Assembly (NCBI RefSeq): GCF_036321535.1
Contig: NC_087436.1
Location: 66,156,001 to 66,220,000, forward strand
Length of the DNA stretch: 64,000 nt
Direction: 5' to 3'
DNA from: Camelus dromedarius
Lineage: Eukaryota
Made by a program: the position numbers and the translations under genes. The notes below the pieces were generated by a model. The model was not told where the DNA came from, did not search any database, and saw nothing but the letters and a program-made list of their open reading frames with translations. This document shows, in pieces, positions 55,131-64,000 of the stretch (the stretch's first letter is position 1; every line of letters starts with the position of its first letter).

Positions 55131-58100
55131 AAATATCTTAATTTAAAACTAAAGAACTTTGATCTCATTTAAAATTCATTCAATATTGGCATGTGAAAGT
55201 GGGTTATTTTCTCTATCAAAATAATACATACTATTGACTTTTAAAATTATGGGCATATTGATCATAGCAGAAACATCACTTTAGTATCTTCTACTTATAC
55301 TACTATTAGGAATAAATAGATTACTAAAGAATTCTACCTAGATAGGATAATCAAAATATCTTTAATTTGCACTGACATAATAAAAAAGTTAGTTCACAAT
55401 TATCAGAATATAATTATTTTCTCTTGAAATTAATTCTGTTATTATTTAAAATCTCTATTGAAAATTTAATTCTTAACTTTGAGATACAATTTTAAGCAAA
55501 TTCCCTTGATAAATAATAAATTAAAAGAAGAGTATTGTCAAAGGAATTGTTATTTTCCTTTTAAAACATTACTTTCTAAAATGTCAGTAAGAGTAATGAT
55601 AATATGATAAACTGGTCTATTGCAATCAATTATTTCTAAATTTACTGCAAAAAGACAACTTACGTATGTAAGTTCTCTTGGACAAATGACCCATAAGTCA
55701 AAAATCGTGATCATAAGTTAAAAGCTATTTAGGATTATATCTAAACAAAATTTAGTTATACCATGGCAAATGAGGAAGACACAAACTCTGACATTTGATT
55801 TTTTAATTAGAATATATGCAGGTAAAGACAATTTATGTTTTGTTTATTATTTGCTAATACTTGTTTTTATTTATATAACCATTTGTTATGGAATATATGC
55901 TAACATTATTTATTGAAAAGTATTTAAAAATAGCAACTTTATTACTCATTGAAAAGCTGCTGTCAAAATATGATGCAAATGAATACAAAAGAGACTTCTA
56001 CAGTTTAAATTGAGTTTCCAACTGTGGATATTGGAGAAAATACAAACCTTATGAAAAATCATTTATATTTGACAGTAGTCATTGAGTACCTATTGTGAGC
56101 GTGTATTAGCTGTCAAATTGTCCATTTTAATAATATTCATGTAAAACATCATTTTCAATAACACATTATGATGCTTTTAATGATAGAAATGCCAATGCAA
56201 AGCCAACTCTATTATTCTAAGCAAATAGATCTGTCTGTGAGCTTGATGAGTCAATACTGTCTGAATACACAATGGTCAGTCAGAATTTAGAAGCTCTAAA
56301 CACTTTCAGGACATAAACCATGTCCTTCTAACATTTTCAATAAAGATAAACTATAAATCTATTTCTGAAGTAAACTTGGAATTTAAAAGTTGAGCTCTTT
56401 GAACACTGTGCCGTAGTGAAAGAGTGTTATCAACTGCTCTGTAATCTTTTAGATCAGTTTCAGTCATCTTTTCAAAGAGCAAAACATACATTTTCTGAAA
56501 TGCTCTGTGCTTGTTGAGGGTGAGTTGGAATAGGCTGGAAGAACAGGAGAAAAAAAGACAATTCATAAAGGAAAAAGGACATGTATTTCATAAGGATTTT
56601 AGCATGTATGAATAACGCTGAGTATATTGAACTTGGACGGCTGGTTCGTACCTGAATTATGACTATGTAGTAGATCTAATGCATCCGCCAGTATCTTAAG
56701 TTACCTAAGATGTTGAACTTGACTTGTGTAACTCCTATCATATTCTAGTCATGACTTAGAGTTCTTTCCTTGATGATTGGAAGTGTTCATATCACTATGT
56801 AATAATATCCTAAATAAGTAATGTCTTCATGTAATTCAAATATATTTATTTTAATAAGATAATGTTTTCTAAATTACTGGTTATTAGTAGTTTAGTCTCA
56901 TTAGTAAGTTGAAAAATAGAGTAGTGTTATTCTCAGCATAATATGCAGGAACTGAATAGAAAATACACAGAATAGGACAGAATAAAATAGGACAGAATAG
57001 AAATGGATTGCCAGGGCACTGGATGCAACATATTAGGATAAATTGTGAACAGATAGAATTTCTATTGTTGTTCAAATTTCTTGAACTTTTATTTCAATAG
57101 TTTAAATTGTATAAATGCATTTGTGTTTTACAAGACTAATATGCATTCCTTATTCTGAATCATAGTAAAAAAATGCTTGAAATCCATGGATCTCTATTAT
57201 ATATATTTTAAAAATTTCCTAAAGCTTTATATTATAGAACTTTTACATGAAAATTGGCATTAGTGATTGCATTAAATCCTAAGATAAAACAGATTTAAAA
57301 GGTTTGATTATTTTCTTTCTTCAAAAGGATTTGTTTTTAAATTTCTAAAGATTAAGGAACAGCGTGATGATATAAATTACATTGGATATAAACTATCTAA
57401 AATATATGGTAAACCATATTTAATCAAGTGTATATGCCAGGTAACCTGCTCTTATATTCTTTTAACCTAAGAACATATTGATTGCCATCGTTTTTATTAC
57501 AGTTAGAATTCCTTCTGTAGGATATTGGCTAACAGTGTAAATTTTAACTTAAATGCACCACTCATGCTTTCAGAGATTGAAGTTTAGAAGTGATATGTCA
57601 GCAATAGTCAAGTGAAATGTTTTATTATTGACTTACTGATGGCATGTGTTTTATCTTTGTGTAAATGAAAATATAGAGCCAATTAGTAATTAGAACATAC
57701 AGACAAAAAGCATACACAGATTAAATTATTTAGTGTGGTATAGTCATAAGATACTAAAAATTATTTTGCTAGCTTTTGATTACATATGGTATTAAATACT
57801 TAACTGAAACCTATGTTTCATATTATTACTGAAAGAGGAAAAATTTAGAAGAAAAAATAGTGGAGAAATTTTTCAAAATTTATCAGTACTCTTCGCATAA
57901 CCTAGACTTGACTTCCTCACTTAAAACACCAGGTAAAACTTGCCCCCTGACCCCTACCATTTTCTTCACCACCAGTCCTACCAGGAAGGAGAATTTCTAG
58001 GAACAGTTAAAGATTAATTAAAGAAATCACTTAATTAATGTGATGGAATATCCATAGTGGACCATGGAGACTTTTGGGGAGAAAGAAAGTGATAGTGAAT

Positions 58101-59786
58101 TTTTGTTGTCTGTATCTTGGATTCTCTGTGGTTGATGTGGTGAGATGAGATGAAGAGTAAATAGACACAGAATATAGTTCTGAAAAGTATGCTATGCAGA
58201 CCTAGCTCTGTTCAATAGTTCAGTGGAAGAAAGATAAAACAATGGTCTACAAGTTTCTACATGGCTCAGTTCAGTTCCTCAAGATTCCAGAACTGAATAT
58301 AGGAGAAAATAAGAGTATTTGTTTGAACTGTTCACTGTGTCCTGCCACTAGATACAATTGTTGCAGTCAAGGTCAAGGTTAATCTGGGAGATGACAGTTC
58401 TTAGGAAGAAGCAAAGTAGGTTCACATTTTCTAAGTAATTGTTATATACAAGATATTAGGAAATACATTTGAAGTGTTCAGAAGATAAATATGGTACTTT
58501 TTAACAAAAACTTTAGGTAGCAATGTCTCAAAATAAATGGAGCATAAATTTAAAGTGTACCAATTGTAATTTTCGATAACTGAAAAGAAAAATGAACTAT
58601 ATATAATGTGTTTATACATAATATATGTGTTTATATTATAAATACATTGTTTACTTTTTTCAGATATATAAAAGGATTATATGTATGTATAACTATGTGG
58701 ATCCATTTTAAGGTTAAAAGATAAATGGAAAAAAGTTATATGGATGAATGAATAATCAAACATGAATACAAAAAAATTATTTATACTTTAAAATTGCTCT
58801 TGGAATAATGAAGTCTGGCATAATGTAAATGTGTACCAAAAGTTAATATAATTCAAAATCTCTTGATAACATTCCCTGCATGAAAATGAATAAAGAAAGG
58901 ATATCACCAATAGTTGACAAAGAAGTTTTGCCAGTAAATTGAGCACAATGCATTTCATCTTCAGTGAACTTTCTTCTTACCAAATAAAATGTCAAAATAA
59001 AATAATGTAAATGCTCAAATAACATAATTAGAAGGTCATTAAAATCCTATACAAAAGAGACATTTTAAAAAATCTCTTCAACTCATGAAATGAACTTAAG
59101 TTAATCTAAAATGACTTTCTAAATTGAACCAAAGTGACTATAAATTTAATTGAAAAGCAGTTGTGAGCCTAATAGTTGCTAGGTGCATTTCAAATAACAT
59201 CCCATTTCAGGATAATCTTGTAAGGCAAGCAAAAAAAATAAGAGTGTAATGTGAATAAATTAAAGAAAGTACAAGCATGAAATAAAATAATTTAAAATAA
59301 TTTAATTTAATTTAATGGTAGTAGTCTCCTGTGCTTGAATTCTATTAAATCAGACCTGAGTTTTGAACATATATCAAGACACAACACTTTGAAGAAAAGA
59401 TACCAGGCAAGGGGCCGTTCAGAGGAAACAAAGCATGATGATTGATCTTTCATGAGATGAGTCTGAAACATCGTATATATTTCATAAGAAAAAGACACTT
59501 AGGGGAAAATGAATTTAATTTTCAAATAGTGAAAACTTAAGTAGGATAAAGACAAGGAGTATTAAAAGAAGTTAATAGAGTTAATTGGAAGAAAGAGTAT
59601 TTGTGCAGGGTAAGAATGTCATTAAAAGTAGTTAACCAGTGGTTTCCTCTCATAGACATGTGTAACGTGAATATTTCAACTATAGTGTAGAATAAATTCC
59701 TCCATTTGGTAGGAAGGTGAACTGAAAAACTTTTAAGATATCCATCTATCACTTTTCAAAAAAGCATTTCATTCTATATTATTTAA

Positions 59787-59939
59787 AAAAGAATACCTGA
59801 AACTACATCAGGCTCTGTCAATCATCCTAACTATTATATGTTTAATCTTTGTCTAAGCTAAATAAAAGAATACCTGAAACTACATCAGGCTGTCAATCAT
59901 CCTAACTATATATATGTTTAATCTTTGTCTAAGCTAAAT
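59787..59939. repeat. Tandem duplication, 77 bp + 76 bp
   Basis: aaaagaatacctgaaactacatcaggc...tctttgtctaagctaaat twice, differing only by two small indels. Confidence 0.95.
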
Positions 59940-60359
59940 TAAATTTTTAAATAATTGACATAATAAGCATGAACTATTACTTATAATATGCATAATGCTA
60001 ATTATGCATGATAAACAGACACTGTTTTCCCATAGTATATTCATAGTGTAAAAGTCTTTGAAACATACCTACTATTAATCATATATTTGAATAATGGAAA
60101 AGATAAGACTGACAATGATGAGATATTTGCCTAAATTAAATCAGTGATTTAATGGCTAAGCCTGGTTTATCACCCAAGGCTCTCAGTTCTCAATTTACTA
60201 ACCTTTCTAAAGCCTGTGTTGTTTCTGATTGTTTTCAATCAGTAAATAGCATGGCAAAGAGAAGTAAAAAGAAAACAATAAGTGAAGAAAAAGGAAAATG
60301 AATACATATTTAGCTACTCTTATTCCTCAATTCCTTGATTTTCTAGGACATAACTGAGA

Positions 60360-60478
60360 TTTTTTTTTTTATTGAAATATAGTCATGCAATATTGTTATA
60401 GGTGTACGATACAGTGATTCACAAGTTTTAAAGGTTATACTCCAATTATAGTTATTATAAAATATTAGCTATATTCTG
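60360..60478 (-). mobile_element. Short L1 3'-end insertion
   Basis: Poly-T, then attgaaatatagt, acagtgattcacaa, ttaaaggttatactcca, tataaaatattagctatattc. Confidence 0.8.
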
Positions 60479-61379
60479 AACACTGGGGTAATTTCTTATT
60501 TCATCTTACCTTATTTTTGTTATGCACATTAATGTCTTTAAAATTTAGATATTTCAGTAGCAAGTTTAAAAGACAAAAAGAATCATGTCATTTATAAATG
60601 GTTTAAATGACATCTCACCCTTTGTATTGCTTTAATCTGTGAGGACACTCTATATGGAAGCTTATTACAAGTTTGCCAGATGTATGATCATGTATCTTTG
60701 TCTTCTTGTTTATGTAGGAATTGAAATGCCCTGCTCTATTATAAACTATATTTAATATCTTCTGAGTGCCCACTAATACACTGTTGGGATCTACATGGCA
60801 TGATTACTATTCTTCAGTGTTTAAAGAAAGAATGATTGACAACTAAGAATGATGCAAATAATAACATATTGTACAGTGTCATTTTTGATAGAATTTGGAA
60901 TTCAGAGAAGGCTAAGGTAACTGAGTATTAGAAAAGTATGAGAGTATTTTATGAAAATGAGAAACCATGGGCAGAGCCTTCATTAACCCATAATATATAA
61001 CTAATTAGAAGAAAATAATTTCAGATAAGAAGCATATGTGGAAAAGTAAAAATATACATTGAATCTTTTGTCTTCCAATATGTGTGTATGTATCTTAAAT
61101 ATACACACTGAAGTAAATGTAACTTTGGAGAAAATAGGTTATTTCCCTAAAAAAAAAAATTAAAATAGCAGATAGCAAAACTGATGGATTGTATTTATTG
61201 ATGATCAGTTATATGACTTTTCATAGTCAACAACTGCATTTGGTTGGAAATTATAGCCCCATGATCATGATTCAATTTATTCACACTGATAAGAAACCTC
61301 CCAGATATGGTTATGCTATGAAAAGTTAAATTAATATACTCAATTATCAGTACTTTTTAAAAACAGACATTTAAATGCA

Positions 61380-64000
61380 GCATAGTACAACAAATGTTCA
61401 AAGCCTACAATTAAGTCCAGACAGCATCAGATACATAAAGAGTCTCATAAAATTTATCACCTAAATGTATTAAAAGATGAGTGAAGATGTAAAATAATTA
61501 AAAATGTGAGAAAAGAGCTTGGCACTATAAACATTCAGAAGTTTATTTGATAAAATACCAAATAAAATTTATAAAAATCAAACAATTTTATGATAACAAA
61601 AATGTAATGGAATGATTGTATAACCTATTAGACCAGGCAGAAGAGAGAATTAGTCAATTAGAAAATGTGCTAGGAGAAATTACTCAGAAAGTAGAAAATT
61701 AAAAGGAATAAGAGACTAAAAATAGCAGATTTAAGAGAAATAGAAAAAATTAATGATATCACATATATTAGGCATCTACAGGCATAAGCAAATAATTTCA
61801 TTAACTGCAATGGCAAACTATGTGTTCCACCCCATACTTCCTATTGAGGACAACTAAGAAAGTATGGCAAAATATTTTTTTATCAAAATCTCCATATAGA
61901 GTTAATAAGGAGATGAAGTATTATGAAGCCAATATTTTGGAGGAAGGGAAGCCCAGAAAGCTTTGGTCCAGCAATTTAAGCCACATTTCCCTAGAGATAA
62001 TCTGCTTATATTAGAAGAGACAGCAGAGCAGGATTTTCCACAGACTCACAAGCCTGAAGAAAAAAAATAAATAAAAAGCACAAAAACAACCTACAGAATG
62101 GGAAAAAATTTTTACAAATGAAACCGACAAAGGCTTGATCTCCAGAATATATAAGCAGCTCATACAACCTAATAAGAAAAAAAAAGCAACCCAATCCAAA
62201 AATGGGCAGAAGACCTAAACAAGCAATTCTCCAAGGAAGACATACAAATGATCAATAGGCATATGAAAAAATGCTCAATATCACTAATTATCAGAGAAAT
62301 GCAAATCAAAACTACAATGAGGTATCACCTCACACCAGTCAGAATGGCCATCATTCAAAAATACACAAATGACAAATGCTGGAGAGGCTGTGGAGAAAAG
62401 GGAACCCTCCTACACTGCTGGTGGGAATGCAGTTTGGTGCAGCCACTGTGGAAAACAGTAGGGAGATTCCTCAAAAGACTAGGAATAGACTTACCATATG
62501 ACCCAGGAATCCCGCTCCTGGTCATATATCCAGAAGGAACCCTACTTCAGGATGACACCTGCACCCCAATGGTCATAGCAGCACTATTTACAATAGCCAA
62601 GACATGGAGACAGCCTAAATGTCCATCAACAGATGACTGGATACAGAAGATGTGGTATATTTATACAATAGAATACTACTCAGCCATAAAAACCAACAAT
62701 ATAACGCCATTTGCAGCAACATGGATGCTCTTGGAGAATGTCATTCTAAGTGAAGTAAGCCAGAAAGAGAAAGAAAAACACCATATGAGATTGCTCATAT
62801 GTGGATTCTTAAAAAAAAAAAAAAAATCATAAATACAAAACAGAAATAGACTCATAGACATAGAATACAAACTTGTGGTTGCCAAGAGGGTGAGGGGTGG
62901 GAAGGGATAGATACAATTTCAAAATTGTAGACTAGATAAACAATATTATACTGTATAGCACAGGGAAATATATACAAGATCTTATGGTAGCTCGCAGAGA
63001 AAAAAATGTGATAATGAATATATATATATATATATGTTCATGTATAACTGAAAAATTGTGCTCTACACTGGAATTTGACACAACATTGTAAAATGATTAT
63101 AAATCAATAAAAATGTTAAAAAAATAAAAAATAAAATCTGAACTCTTCAAAAAAATTAAAAATAAAAAAAAATAAAAAGCACAAAAAAACACAGACTTTA
63201 TGCTCAATAAAGAAGGATAATTCCTAGTAAAAGCCCAATCTTTCCATTGCAATTATAAAATAATAGCCAGTCAGAAATAGATCAGTCTTTTTCAGGGAAT
63301 GAAGCTGCATTTTGAATACCTGTTTAGATTCAAGTGTTCTGTAATTTCAAAAGTCCAGTCCTACTGCCTGAGGAAGCAAAAATAAATCTGGAGAGATACA
63401 ACTATATCCAGAGTCTTTAATTACCTCTACATTTTTTCATGTTTTCAAATTTTAATGAATGGCAATTGGACTGAGAACAGATTTCTAAATGACAGCAATA
63501 AGAGATGTTGGCCAAATAGTTTCCAAATAGAGTATTTTTTTCATGTAAAATAAGAACATTATTAGTTAGACTGACAAATCTTATGCTCAATAGACCCTTT
63601 CTGTCTGTTACTAGATGAATATCTAAAGGATCAACTTTGAGAAAAAGAACTTATCCCAGGAATAAGAGGTGAAATAAACTAAACAATATTGAGCAAATAA
63701 ATTAACATATAAGTAGATGATTTATATAAAATAGCAGTGTATTTATGTAACTTGATTATATAAAGTAATAATGATAAAAAATAATAATTTATGTTAATAT
63801 ACAAGAATAAATAAAATACTGGAATGCAATAATGTCCAAAATGGAAAGTATTCTCTGGATTTAAAGTATTTGAATTTGTAAAATTTAGGAAGAATGTAGA
63901 AATGGTTATTAATCTCAGATTTGAATAAAAGGCTTTTAAATAATTTTTGAAAATTTTTTACTAAAATTTTATATACCTATGAAGCCAAACTTCCTTTATA
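61380..64000 (+). mobile_element. Ancient degenerate L1M pieces hosting the young L1
   Basis: ORF1-like gattgta...agaccaggcagaagagagaattagtcaattagaaaat and A-rich L1M-like sequence on both sides. Confidence 0.45.
62087..63169 (+). mobile_element. Young 5'-truncated L1 (ORF2 C-terminus, 3' UTR, A-tail) with TSD
   Basis: Track ORF 62248..62832 is L1 ORF2p with the CCHC knuckle (CWRGC...HCWWEC). Upstream QPTEWEKIF... is in another frame (shift in the A9 run near 62177). Flanking direct repeat aaataaaaagcacaaaaa at 62069-62086 and 63170-63187. Confidence 0.96.

Noticed and set aside
62006..62885. ORFs 62248..62832, 62676..62885 and 62006..62199 as host genes
   Set aside because: They are the L1 ORF2 remnant and its antisense frames.
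54811..64000. TECRL exons 1-2 and promoter
   Set aside because: No sequence encoding the expected upstream peptide and no CpG island found; presumed beyond the window.

Overview
AT-rich, CpG-depleted mammalian genomic DNA. The young L1 3' UTRs look cetartiodactyl, possibly camelid; this is inference from repeat resemblance and from seeing no Alu, BovB/Bov-A or Can-SINE by eye. The window holds the 3' part of one spliced gene on the minus strand, TECRL (trans-2,3-enoyl-CoA reductase-like). Ten coding exons (3-12 by human numbering, 54810 down to stop at 20662) all have GT-AG boundaries and join into one intact 806-nt reading frame. Exons 1-2 were not found and should lie beyond position 64000. 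The rest is intron or 3' flank filled with L1, L2, MIR, MaLR/ERV1 LTRs, DNA-transposon MITEs and microsatellites. Most ORFs in the track are noise. I see no new multi-gene system. The best leads are: a MER41-like solo LTR about 6.3 kb past the stop codon carrying a perfect CArG box next to a STAT-type site; three TTCCWGGGAA sites in 1.35 kb of nested transposons; a (UG)12 tract beside the exon 7 branch point; a 460-bp orphan insert bracketed by a ~70-bp duplication; and a young L1 with a possible 12-nt 3' transduction. Repeat family names come from remembered consensus sequences and repeat boundaries are approximate.
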